From Fibrobacterota bacterium (GTDB taxonomy: Bacteria; Fibrobacterota; Fibrobacteria; UBA11236): a stretch of DNA of 64,000 nucleotides. Position 1 is the first letter of the stretch. Each line of letters begins with the position of its first letter. A program made the position numbers and the translations under genes. This document shows, piece by piece, positions 10,076 to 20,048 of the stretch. The stretch lies in NCBI GenBank assembly GCA_043753995.1, contig JAYUVP010000304.1:348-64347 (forward strand), written 5' to 3'. The notes under the pieces are model-generated. The model searched no databases. It saw only the letters and a list, made by a program, of their open reading frames with translations, and was not told the DNA's origin.

Positions 10076-13000
10076 ATGACTCGCTTTGCTGTTAAAAATC
10101 CGGTAACGGTCCTGGTGCTGGCATTCATTCTGCTGCTAGCCGGTTTCGTCAGCTATCAGGGCATGCCTCGCGAAAGCTCGCCTGAAATCAAGATCCCCCT
10201 GATCTTCATTACCACCATATATCCAGGCGCATCGCCTGAAGACATGGAAAAGCTCGTCACCGAAAAAATCGAAGACAAACTTGAAGGCCTAGATGGCTTG
10301 AAAAAAGTCTCCAGCACTTCGGGGCAGGGTTTTTCTTCCGTCACAGTTGAATTCAATCCTGACGTGGTGGTGGAAACCGCCTTGCGCAGGGTCAAGGATA
10401 AAGTCGACGAAGCCAAGCCCGACCTGCCCACCGATGCGGAAGAGCCCACGGTGCAGGAATTGAATTTCAGCAACATTCCCATTTTCGTGATATCGATGTC
10501 GGCGGAATATGAAAGCGAACGTCTCGACGCAGCCGCTGAGGATCTCAAGGATCGCATCAAATCCATACCCGGCGTGCTGGAAGCCCAATTGACAGGCAAG
10601 CAAGCCCGAGAAGTGGCCATAGACGCCGATCCTTCCAAGTTGCGTCAATACGGCCTATCGCTCAATGACATCGTGAAAGCCGTACAAACCCAACATCGCA
10701 ATATTCCCGGCGGCACCTTATTGGCCGGCGGTAATCGCTTCACTATTCAATTAACGGGGGAATTGACCCATCCTGAGGACTTCGCCGATCTCGTAGTGCG
10801 CAGTGAAGGTTCGACTCTGGTGCGCGTCCGCGATGTGGCAGCCGTTCACTTCGGATATTCCCGCGATCGCAGCACGATATTCCGATTGAATGGGCGTAAT
10901 AGCATTGCCATTTCGGTCACTAAGCGCACGGGCGCCAATATCATTAAGGTCGTGGACGAGGCGAAGGAGACCGTGAAGGCTGCCCAGGCCAAATGGCCCA
11001 AAGGCACTTCGGTCGACTATACCTTTGATCAATCGGTGCAAATTCGCCACATGGTGAATGAATTGCAAAACCACATCATCATGGGACTGATTCTCGTGGT
11101 GGGCGTGATTTCTTTTTTCCTTGGTTTCCGCAATAGCTTCTTTATCTCAACTGCCATTCCATTTTCGATGATGATGGGCTTTCTCATTTTGGATAGCGCG
11201 GGCATCACCCTTAACATGGTCGTCCTTTTCTCCCTCGTGATAGCCCTGGGCATGCTTGTCGATGACGGCATCGTGGTGGTCGAAAATATTTACCGCCATC
11301 TGCAAATGGGCAAGGACAGGGTCACGGCCGCCATCGAAGGGACTCGCGAAGTCATGATTCCCGTGGCCACCGCGACCATTACTACGGTGGTGGCCTTTTT
11401 GCCAATTCTTTTCATGCCCGGCATCATGGGCCAATTCATGAAATACTTGCCTATCACGGTGACGGTGACCTTGATGGGCTCCCTTTTCGTGGCCTTCGTC
11501 TTCAATCCCGTTTTTGCTTCCCTATTCATGAAAATAAGGGCCGGAGACAAACACGAGGGCGGTGAATTTTTCGATAAGGTGAAGGCGGTTTACCGGCGTA
11601 CCTTGAATGTGACGGTAGACCACCCCTTCTTGGTTGCTCTGGGCTGCGTGCTATTCGTTGTCTTCGGAATGATGGCATATGGCATGCTTGGCACTGGCGC
11701 GGTTTTCTTTCCCAAAATCGAACCCAAGGTGGTAGCCGCTGAAATAACGGGGCCCATCGGCATCAGCAATCAGGCCACGGATTCAGCTCTGAAAACCATC
11801 GAAGCGCGCCTATTCCAAATTCCAAAGGACAAAGGCAGTGTAGAAAGCTTTTCCAGCGTGGTCGGCTTCGGCAAGGTGGATATGCCCGGGGGCGATCGCC
11901 GTCCGGAAAGCCACTTGGCTTATATCGATGTGACCTTTGTCGACTATGACAAGCGTGACGTGGATTCCTGGACTTCCATGAAATGGATGCAGGACGAATT
12001 GCCCAAAATCCTGCCTGGCTGGAAGGTCGCGGTGAAGCAACAGCAGGAAGGCCCGCCTCAAGGCCATCCCGTGGAATACGAAATCACCGGCGAGGATTTC
12101 GAGACTTTGGCAAAAATCGGCCAACAGGTTAAGGATCGCTTGCTGAAGGTTCCGGACTTGGTCAATGTGAATTGGGACTATGATCCCGTTCAGCCGGAAT
12201 TGGGCATTACCATCGATCGCGACCAGGCCAAGGCCATGGGCGTGTCGACCATGGATGTGGCCCTCGCCGTGCGCGGTTCCATACATGGCATAGAAGCCGC
12301 CAAGTTCCGCGTAGGCAAGGACGAGCACGATGTCATGGTGCGGTTGAATCCGGAAACCCGTGAAAGCTTTAGCGGCCTGGATCAAATCGTCATCCCCCGC
12401 GAAGGCGATCTCATTCCCTTGACCTCGGTGGCCACGATTACCCAGAAGGGCAGCTTGTCGGCCATCAAGCACATCGATGGAGCTCGAACCATACAGGTCT
12501 GGGGTGAATTGGCACCGGGTGTGCAAAATGAGCAGGCCGTGAAATCTGCCGCCGCCGCCGCCATCAAGGACATTGAAACGCCTCCGGGCTATCGCCTAGG
12601 CGCCGGTAGTGGAAATCGTGAACAAGAAGAGTCGCAAGCTTTCCTGATCAAGGCCTTTTTCATCGCCGTGGCTCTCGTGGTTTTAACCATAGTCGCCCAG
12701 TTCAATTCCATCGCCCAGCCCTTCCTGGTTTTCATCGGCATTCTGCTATCCCTGGGCGGCGTATTCTGGGGTTTGCTCTTTGTTCATGTGACATTCAGCA
12801 TTATGATGACGGGCATCGGCATCATCGCCCTCGCGGGCGTGGTGGCCAAGAATGGCATCGTGCTCATCGACTTCATCAATAAGCTGCGCGAGGAAGGTAG
12901 GCCGCTTCGTGAAGCCGTCATTGAAGGCGGCGCCACCCGTTTACGACCCGTCATCCTGACTGCCATTACGGCCATGATTGGGCTGCTGCCCATGGCCACC

Positions 13001-13207
13001 GGCAAAGGTTTTGACTTCGTGCACTTAGAAGCCGTGACTAAATCAGAAACCTCGATGTGGTGGGCGCCCATGGCCTGGGGGATTTTCTGGGGCTTGCTTT
13101 TCAATACCGGTTTGACCTTGGTGGTGGTGCCAACATTCTACTACGCCTGGGAAATGTTCAAACTGCGCGTGCGCCGGTGGTTTGGAAAAGAAGCCAAGGC
13201 GGCTTGA
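10076..13207 (+). CDS. RND efflux transporter permease (AcrB/MdtB-like)
   Basis: 1043 aa; ALGMLVDDGIVVVENI, GVVAKNGIVLIDF and RLRPVILT motifs. Confidence 0.96.
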   Translation: MTRFAVKNPVTVLVLAFILLLAGFVSYQGMPRESSPEIKIPLIFITTIYPGASPEDMEKLVTEKIEDKLEGLDGLKKVSSTSGQGFSSVTVEFNPDVVVETALRRVKDKVDEAKPDLPTDAEEPTVQELNFSNIPIFVISMSAEYESERLDAAAEDLKDRIKSIPGVLEAQLTGKQAREVAIDADPSKLRQYGLSLNDIVKAVQTQHRNIPGGTLLAGGNRFTIQLTGELTHPEDFADLVVRSEGSTLVRVRDVAAVHFGYSRDRSTIFRLNGRNSIAISVTKRTGANIIKVVDEAKETVKAAQAKWPKGTSVDYTFDQSVQIRHMVNELQNHIIMGLILVVGVISFFLGFRNSFFISTAIPFSMMMGFLILDSAGITLNMVVLFSLVIALGMLVDDGIVVVENIYRHLQMGKDRVTAAIEGTREVMIPVATATITTVVAFLPILFMPGIMGQFMKYLPITVTVTLMGSLFVAFVFNPVFASLFMKIRAGDKHEGGEFFDKVKAVYRRTLNVTVDHPFLVALGCVLFVVFGMMAYGMLGTGAVFFPKIEPKVVAAEITGPIGISNQATDSALKTIEARLFQIPKDKGSVESFSSVVGFGKVDMPGGDRRPESHLAYIDVTFVDYDKRDVDSWTSMKWMQDELPKILPGWKVAVKQQQEGPPQGHPVEYEITGEDFETLAKIGQQVKDRLLKVPDLVNVNWDYDPVQPELGITIDRDQAKAMGVSTMDVALAVRGSIHGIEAAKFRVGKDEHDVMVRLNPETRESFSGLDQIVIPREGDLIPLTSVATITQKGSLSAIKHIDGARTIQVWGELAPGVQNEQAVKSAAAAAIKDIETPPGYRLGAGSGNREQEESQAFLIKAFFIAVALVVLTIVAQFNSIAQPFLVFIGILLSLGGVFWGLLFVHVTFSIMMTGIGIIALAGVVAKNGIVLIDFINKLREEGRPLREAVIEGGATRLRPVILTAITAMIGLLPMATGKGFDFVHLEAVTKSETSMWWAPMAWGIFWGLLFNTGLTLVVVPTFYYAWEMFKLRVRRWFGKEAKAA

Positions 13208-13463
13208 GTCATTTTGGCCGGTGAATGCCGGCCGAATCTGGCCTACAAAAAGAATTGGGTCGAAGACCTCCGTGAACTCGCAGGGGGTTTGTTTACCACT
13301 CCGAGAGCAAACCCGTGATTTTGAGGTTGAGACGTCCGCAGAATTAACTTGACTTAGCGCCCTGTTCCAGCGATATTGCACACAAATCGACTGCAACAGT
13401 CGAGTTTAACGGACATGGGCGCTAAACCAGGTCTTGTTCGATACACTTTTCCTGGAGTCGGTA

Positions 13464-14705
13464 ATGGTCAAAGCCAATATACGAGTTCTTATTACTGCAG
13501 CACTGTCGGTTTTTGCCGTGGCTACCTATTCTCAGCCTGCTGCTCCCACCACCCCGGATGCGGTATGCGCTGAGGTTCCTGCGGCCACAGGCTTTGATAC
13601 GGTCCAATCCGCCGCCACCAAGGACGGCTTTTATCAGCTCTTCAATGGCACAGATTTTACCGGTTGGTGGCAAAGCTGCAAGACCACGCACTCTAGCTCG
13701 AATACCCAATTGGGAGGTGTTTTTCGTGTCGACCCTACGTTGAAGGCGATTTATACAACTCAACGAGGTTCGGCGGGCGGAATCTTGATGACCAAGAAAA
13801 AATATTTGAATTACGAACTCGTCTTCGAAACCTGGCCCGACTTCGGCAATGACGCCGGTATTTTCAATCGCACCACGGCTACGGGCGCCTGCTTTCAAAC
13901 CGTGATGGATTATATCTCGGGCGCTTCGGTCGGAGGAACTTGGGGTGAGGGTAGTTTTACCGGTCGCGATAACCGTCCTTGGACTTATGGCAATGACGAC
14001 AAGACCATCAATATTGGAACAGGGACCGACCCCAATAAGAACTGGACTCTTTTCACCAAAGGCCTGAGCCCCGAGACTTATGGATGTCCTGCAACAGGTT
14101 GTGTGGCGGCCGATTACTCACGGCTTTGGGACGTTGATGGCTGGAATCAATTCCGAATTAAGTTCTATGGTGGCGTGAGCGGCAATACCCGAATTCGTAT
14201 GAAGTCCTATTTCCGCAAATCCACCAATGGCGATGCCTTGCCATGGGTGCCCGTCGAATTCGACACCACCTTACTCCAAACCGTGGCTGAAGGTTATGTC
14301 GGGCTTCAAGTGCATGGTGGTGGCCGATTCAGTGGAGCCAAGGGAACTTGGTACCGCAATATTTTTATTCGTCCGCTCACCGCCGAAGGCAAGCCTTTGG
14401 CCGGAGCTGAAGAGTTTATGGAATATCCGAAGTCGGGGGTTTCGAGTGCGCAAAATCACTTGCAGGCAAACCAGTTGACCAATGGTTTTGAAGTGTCCTT
14501 GGTCGGCCGAAAATTGTCGGGAACCGCAGCCTCGGGTCACACCATCGCCGTAAGCGATGCCAATGGAAAAGTGGTCGCCAACTACGAAGGCCAGGCTGGA
14601 AATTTCAATTACATCCTACCGGCATCCGCTAAAGGTGCGCTGTATTTGTCTTTGAAGAGCAAAGACGGCGTGCAGCGATTGACCTTGATCGCGCAAGACA
14701 AGTAA
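13464..14705 (+). CDS. Secreted DUF1080 protein with T9SS-like C-terminal tail
   Basis: ATG 13464 with GGAG RBS; signal peptide; LFNGTDFTGW, WNQFRI and GYVGLQVHGG...YRNIFIRPL motifs. Confidence 0.8.
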   Translation: MVKANIRVLITAALSVFAVATYSQPAAPTTPDAVCAEVPAATGFDTVQSAATKDGFYQLFNGTDFTGWWQSCKTTHSSSNTQLGGVFRVDPTLKAIYTTQRGSAGGILMTKKKYLNYELVFETWPDFGNDAGIFNRTTATGACFQTVMDYISGASVGGTWGEGSFTGRDNRPWTYGNDDKTINIGTGTDPNKNWTLFTKGLSPETYGCPATGCVAADYSRLWDVDGWNQFRIKFYGGVSGNTRIRMKSYFRKSTNGDALPWVPVEFDTTLLQTVAEGYVGLQVHGGGRFSGAKGTWYRNIFIRPLTAEGKPLAGAEEFMEYPKSGVSSAQNHLQANQLTNGFEVSLVGRKLSGTAASGHTIAVSDANGKVVANYEGQAGNFNYILPASAKGALYLSLKSKDGVQRLTLIAQDK

Positions 14706-14731
14706 CCAAGTCTCATTTTTAAGTCCATGTA

Positions 14732-14766
14732 AGGCGGGAATTGCCAATGCTCCCGCCTCTTGTTTC
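14732..14766 (+). terminator. Putative intrinsic terminator
   Basis: AGGCGGGA-N11-TCCCGCCT followed by CTTGTTTC, just after the DUF1080 stop. Confidence 0.5.
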
Positions 14767-14874
14767 ATTTGGAAGTTTTGTTTCTGCGGTAGAAACGGTT
14801 TCAAAAAGCCGGTACCACCGATGAAAGGCCGAGATGCTGGTTTTGGATTCATTCCATTTCAAGGATTCGTGTCC

Positions 14875-16329
14875 ATGAGTATACACCTCTCCTTTGCAGC
14901 TATTGCGGTAGCCGTATTGCCGGTCATGGCCAATGTGGCCTACAGAATTGAGGGCGGTGCATGGACCGAAATGGGGCGTATTGGTAAATCCAGCGACTCC
15001 CTACAAACCGGTATTGCCGCGCCCAATAATGTGATCAATTTCAGCAAAACTTGGATGTACAGCGCGGGAGCGCAAGCCACGGTTTTTGCCGATCTCGGTG
15101 AGCATTGGGACGGCGCCTTTGGTTATGGGGCACACCAGGTTTCACATTCCCAAGGAACATTTCACGGCTCGAATCAACCCAGCTTTCTTGCCATTTCGAT
15201 GTTTCAAAATTTCGTGACCCAGGCGCGCATCACCTACTACTCGGATCAAAAAAGCTCGGAAGGCCTAAACTTCACCATCGGAAACTTTCCCTTTCACTAC
15301 AATAGCGAGGCGCAAAATCTCGGCTCTTATTTATTGAGGGGTACGGTCTATCCGCAAATCCTTATTGGTGGCTTTGAAGATTTCTCGCTGGACACCACCA
15401 AGGCGAATTTGCTCGGAGCGAATCTGCATTATGGGCTGGGAAACCTCAATTTGGACTTGTTGCTGAACAGTGAGCGAGACATTCCACCCACTTTCGATTG
15501 GTCCATAGCCTTCCTCGCCAAATACAAGGCGCTCGAGGCCATTGAATTTGGCGGTGGCGTCAATTTTTATCGCCAGCTTCCCTCGAATCCCAGCTTGACG
15601 GAACCCGGACGCCTGAAAAATATCGGCAATATCGCGAAGTACGCTGAATTCGACACCACGGTTACCGCCGCCGGAACGACAATCGACACCTTGTATTTCA
15701 CGCATAAGGGCGTCAAGTTGATGGGCATGTTTTCCGTGGATTTCAAATCGTTGTTCGGAATTTCGAATATGTCGCCTAATGACTTGAAGCTTTACGGTGA
15801 AGCGGCCATCCTTGGTGTTGAAAATTACGGAAAAACCTACAACAAATTGAGTGAACGCATCCCGGTGATGCTTGGTTTCAATTTTCCCACATTTGGCCTG
15901 CTCGATCACATTTCCATAGAAGTCGAATATTTTAAGAATCGATACCGCAATGACATGGCGCTATTAGGTAATCAACGCAATGTCGCCGATTGGACCTTGC
16001 AGGACCATCCCATACCAAGTCCGGCTCCACCCCGGTATAGCGATTACGGGATTGAAAATGGAGCGTGGGTGAATGGGAATGGTGACACGACCCAAGTGGC
16101 GGGAACGCCGCTCGATATGGAAAACCTTCACAGTGATGATTTCAAATGGTCCTTGCATTTGGAAAAAACCATTCATTCCAGCATTCGGCTTACGGGTCAA
16201 ATTGCCAATGACCACTACCGCCCAAGGGCTATAGCCACTGGCTTTATCACTCAGGCAGGTGGTACGGCCGAGGCATTTAGCTCGAATTCCGACTGGTATT
16301 TCATGCTTCGGCTAGGGTATTTCTTCTGA
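14875..16329 (+). CDS. Putative outer-membrane beta-barrel protein, paralog 1 of 3
   Basis: Signal peptide, C-terminal YFF; shares YNxxxxNLGxYLLRGxVYP, DLxLYxExAxLG, KWS and ANDH motifs with the two following genes. Confidence 0.7.
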   Translation: MSIHLSFAAIAVAVLPVMANVAYRIEGGAWTEMGRIGKSSDSLQTGIAAPNNVINFSKTWMYSAGAQATVFADLGEHWDGAFGYGAHQVSHSQGTFHGSNQPSFLAISMFQNFVTQARITYYSDQKSSEGLNFTIGNFPFHYNSEAQNLGSYLLRGTVYPQILIGGFEDFSLDTTKANLLGANLHYGLGNLNLDLLLNSERDIPPTFDWSIAFLAKYKALEAIEFGGGVNFYRQLPSNPSLTEPGRLKNIGNIAKYAEFDTTVTAAGTTIDTLYFTHKGVKLMGMFSVDFKSLFGISNMSPNDLKLYGEAAILGVENYGKTYNKLSERIPVMLGFNFPTFGLLDHISIEVEYFKNRYRNDMALLGNQRNVADWTLQDHPIPSPAPPRYSDYGIENGAWVNGNGDTTQVAGTPLDMENLHSDDFKWSLHLEKTIHSSIRLTGQIANDHYRPRAIATGFITQAGGTAEAFSSNSDWYFMLRLGYFF

Positions 16330-16349
16330 TGCGTAAATCGGAGGATAGG

Positions 16350-17699
16350 GTGACCAAGTTTTTCAGTGCGATCCGGACCGCAAGTTTTTTGGGCTTAGCC
16401 TTGGCTGCTGCATTGGCATCGGCGGAAGGCAATTCCCAGACCAAGTTCACCGGAATCGGATTCATACAAATGGGTAAAATCGGGAATAGCTCCGATACCC
16501 TGAATAACAACCTCGACAACAATTACAACGGAACTTGGCAACAAGGCACGGGTGCAATGATTGTCGGCAATACCACCATCAATGAGAACTGGTCCGGTGC
16601 CTTCGGGTTGGGCATAGTGCAAGCTCACATTTCGCGCGGCAATCGTGACAAAGCGAGTTTGTGGTACCCCTTCTGGGTTCCATTTGTTTCCGAGGCCGAT
16701 ATTAAATACACATCGTCCTTGGGTTCCAGCGACGCCAAATGGTATTTCACCCTCGGGGCCTTTCCCTACAATTACAATCCCGACGTGAAAAATCTCGGCT
16801 TGTATTTGCTGCGCGGCTATGTCTATCCGGGCTTGCCGGTTTCGGGATTTGAAACCAAGCCTATTTCCGGGGGTGCATCGCAAACCGGTGGTATGGTCGG
16901 CTTCGCGAATGGCACCTTGAGCAATGATTTGATCGTGAATGTTGAAACCGAAGACAAGCCGCTCTATGACATTTCGGTCGCCGATGTCGCCACCTGGAAA
17001 GTTGCCAATGGTTTGGAATTGGGAGCTGGTTTCAACTTGTATCGAATTCTAGCGAATGATCCCAAAATCACCTCGCCGGGAAAAGACTGTATCGAATCAC
17101 GCGATTTCGGCATTTACTCCCTTGAAGATCCGCATTGCTTCGTGGTGGAAGAGGATACAGCGACTAAGCTCATGGACACCGTCCTTGTTTCTCTGTCGGG
17201 AACCAAATTGATGGGGCGTGTTCACTTTGATCCTAAGGCCTTTTTTGGTCTTGGCGGTGGACTCGGTCCGAATGACTTGATCCTCTATAGCGAAATCGCC
17301 GTGCTTGGTCTGACGGACTACAAGACAAAAACCAAAAGCATCTATGGCGACCTCGTTCACCGCATGCCGGTGATGTTCGGCTTCAACCTGCCCGCCTTCG
17401 GTTATCTCGACTACTTAAATGTCGAGGTTGAATATTATGCGTCCAAGCTCTATCCCGATCAGGGCATGGCCCAAGCGGGATCGGCTGTACCGCGAATTGT
17501 CCCCTATGGCAATGGCCGCAACGATTGGAAATGGTCCGTCTATGCCTCGCGAGTGTTGGCCAACCATATCAAGCTTTCAGCGCAAATCGCGAATGACCAT
17601 TTGCGCCTCGGCGGCTTCCACAATCTGGGAACGGGAGCCGAAGCCTTGTCGACCCCGAAGGACTGGTATTGGATGACCAAGCTCGCCTTTTTCTTTTGA
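16350..17699 (+). CDS. Putative outer-membrane beta-barrel protein, paralog 2 of 3
   Basis: GTG 16350 with GGAGGA RBS; same motif set; ends DWYWMTKLAFFF. Confidence 0.7.
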   Translation: MTKFFSAIRTASFLGLALAAALASAEGNSQTKFTGIGFIQMGKIGNSSDTLNNNLDNNYNGTWQQGTGAMIVGNTTINENWSGAFGLGIVQAHISRGNRDKASLWYPFWVPFVSEADIKYTSSLGSSDAKWYFTLGAFPYNYNPDVKNLGLYLLRGYVYPGLPVSGFETKPISGGASQTGGMVGFANGTLSNDLIVNVETEDKPLYDISVADVATWKVANGLELGAGFNLYRILANDPKITSPGKDCIESRDFGIYSLEDPHCFVVEEDTATKLMDTVLVSLSGTKLMGRVHFDPKAFFGLGGGLGPNDLILYSEIAVLGLTDYKTKTKSIYGDLVHRMPVMFGFNLPAFGYLDYLNVEVEYYASKLYPDQGMAQAGSAVPRIVPYGNGRNDWKWSVYASRVLANHIKLSAQIANDHLRLGGFHNLGTGAEALSTPKDWYWMTKLAFFF

Positions 17700-17718
17700 T
17701 ATGTACGGGGAAAGCAAA

Positions 17719-19164
17719 ATGAACCGCATTGCAAAAATTGTCGGCTTCTCCGCCATCTTGCCCATTCTTGCTGTGTGCATGATTTCAGGTGCATTGGCCC
17801 AAGAGGATAGTGTCGAATTTTCACCAAGGCTGGCTAAAGAAAATCTCCCGGAGACAAAGCCTTCGGTCTTAGCTGGAAACCTGGAAATTAAGGCCGGCGG
17901 GTGGATCAGCTGGGGAATGGTAGGGCATAGTAGCGACACCACCTTGGGCCTTCGTCTTACGAATAAGCCGGTGCAGAATTATGTCGCGGCCATAACCTTG
18001 TCGAGCGCGGTGTCCGAAGATTTGCGTCTGATCGCTGGAGGTGGCGTCGGCGCAGGGCATACCGTCAATGGACAGATCACCAATAATGGCGGATATGCCC
18101 CGATGCAATTCGGTCCATTCCTGACGGAGGCTTCGGTCGATTATACGATTTCCAAATCAGAGGGTTCGGAAATGCGTTTGAAGGCTGGGTATTTTCCATA
18201 CACTTACAATACAGAGTCGCATAATTTGGGCTCCTATTTATTGCGTGGTTCCGTCTATCCCGGGTTTGTGATTTCAGGATTTGAAATGAAACCAGCCTAT
18301 GTCGCTGGCTTGCAATTTCATCATGGCATCGGTGGGTTTTATTATGACCTCATGATCAATAGCGAAACCGAACTCTATCCCTATTTCGACATGTCACCCG
18401 CTGCGATGGTGGGTTATAGCGACGGCAAGGCATTTCGATTGAGCGCGGGTATCAACCTTTACCATTACATCTCTATCGACAACCAATTGACCTCCCACTC
18501 CGATAATAAATGGGAAGAACAGGGAAATCGACCTTTCGATCGAAACTGGATTTATGTGGACTCGGTCGCGAAAATCAATGATACGACTTGGAAAGTGGAT
18601 ACCACCTATTTGACCTTCAAGGGCATCAAGCTAAACCTCAATGCCATGTTCGACTTCAAATCGCTGTTCGGGGAGAGCTCACTTTTTGGCCCAGAAGACT
18701 TAAAGCTTTATGGCGAAGTCGCCATCTTGGGTTTGGATCAGAGCAAGCCCTACAATGCCCTTTATGGAAAGCTTTCGAATCGAATGCCTATGATGATAGG
18801 CTTGAATCTTCCGGCCTTCGGGTTTTTGGACAGGCTCAGCATTGAAATCGAATCGTACAAAGCAAAATTCCGCGACGATCTCACACGACTCATGCCGACC
18901 ACGGGGAAAAAGCAATCGCCTATACCACGAGCTTGGCCTACGGATCCCGACCCCAATGCCATTGCAGGCGACGACTTGAAATGGTCGGTTTATGCCGCCA
19001 GAACCATAGCCGATCACCTAAAGATTTCTGTGCAATTGGCAAATGATCATTTCAGACCTGGCGTGTTTGCAGGCTATGGCGATAACAATTGGCCGAAAAT
19101 GGAGGCCATTCTAATCGATAAAAAAGATTGGTATTTCATGAGCAAGGTCGCTTACTTCTTCTAA
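17719..19164 (+). CDS. Putative outer-membrane beta-barrel protein, paralog 3 of 3
   Basis: Same motif set; ends DWYFMSKVAYFF. Confidence 0.7.
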   Translation: MNRIAKIVGFSAILPILAVCMISGALAQEDSVEFSPRLAKENLPETKPSVLAGNLEIKAGGWISWGMVGHSSDTTLGLRLTNKPVQNYVAAITLSSAVSEDLRLIAGGGVGAGHTVNGQITNNGGYAPMQFGPFLTEASVDYTISKSEGSEMRLKAGYFPYTYNTESHNLGSYLLRGSVYPGFVISGFEMKPAYVAGLQFHHGIGGFYYDLMINSETELYPYFDMSPAAMVGYSDGKAFRLSAGINLYHYISIDNQLTSHSDNKWEEQGNRPFDRNWIYVDSVAKINDTTWKVDTTYLTFKGIKLNLNAMFDFKSLFGESSLFGPEDLKLYGEVAILGLDQSKPYNALYGKLSNRMPMMIGLNLPAFGFLDRLSIEIESYKAKFRDDLTRLMPTTGKKQSPIPRAWPTDPDPNAIAGDDLKWSVYAARTIADHLKISVQLANDHFRPGVFAGYGDNNWPKMEAILIDKKDWYFMSKVAYFF

Positions 19165-19273
19165 TTCCCCATCGCCGGTGGGGAGCCGGATGCCGACCAG
19201 GCTTTCATAGCTTGGCGGGCTGACGGCGGGGGAGGCGGAGCCACCCCCGAAATAAGTCAAAAGTTGCAGAACA

Positions 19274-19852
19274 CTAGCGCCAATTTCCTTCAAAAGCGAT
19301 TTCGTTTAGGGTTTTTCTTGGGCTGGGAATTTCACGCGCTTGAAGTGGTTCGGGTAAGGTTTCTTTCGGCGCGGGATAGCCGACGGCAATCATGACCTCT
19401 ATGGCCATGGTCTCGGGGAGGGCGAGTTCACTGCGGGCGCGGTCATGATCGAAGCCACCCATGCCATGCACTACGAGTCCGAGCAAACTTCCTTGCAGAG
19501 ATAAGCTCATCCATGCTGCACCGGCGTCAAAGCTGTGGGACTCATAGGGTTTGCCATTGTTTTCTTGAAAGCGCGTGGAGACGAGAAGTAAAAGTGCGCC
19601 GGCCTGCTTAGCCCAGATTTGATTGTTGGGGACAAGCCAATTCAGATAGCGCGGGAAATATTCAGAATCACGCGTAGCATAAAGAAAGCGCCAGGGCTGC
19701 CCATTGCCGCCGGAGGGTGCCCATCGGGCGGATTCCAGCAAGGTGAACAAGGTGGGCTTTTCCAAGGTCTTGCCGCTCATGGCACGTGGCGACCAACGTT
19801 GTAAAAATTGCGGATGAACTTGGTTTTCCAGGGCTCGACTGGGTGAGGTCAT
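19274..19852 (-). CDS. Nitroreductase family protein
   Basis: RWSPRAM, ARWAPSGGNGQPWRF, FDAGAAW and GMGGFD motifs. ATG 19852 has a GGAG RBS. Confidence 0.9.
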   Translation of the reverse strand: MTSPSRALENQVHPQFLQRWSPRAMSGKTLEKPTLFTLLESARWAPSGGNGQPWRFLYATRDSEYFPRYLNWLVPNNQIWAKQAGALLLLVSTRFQENNGKPYESHSFDAGAAWMSLSLQGSLLGLVVHGMGGFDHDRARSELALPETMAIEVMIAVGYPAPKETLPEPLQAREIPSPRKTLNEIAFEGNWR

Positions 19853-20048
19853 GGGTGTCTCCGTTGTATGTGGAGAAGATATATGTATAGACATTAAAAA
19901 GCGAGGGCTTGAGATCCTTTGCCTGTATGCGTTGTATGAGGCACCTCATCCTCTAGTCTCTAGAAAACCGCTGAAAGCAAGGGCTTGACTTTGAGTCCAA
20001 TTTGAGTTCTCCACCCGGGATAATGAAATCAAGGGTCAGGAGGGACCA

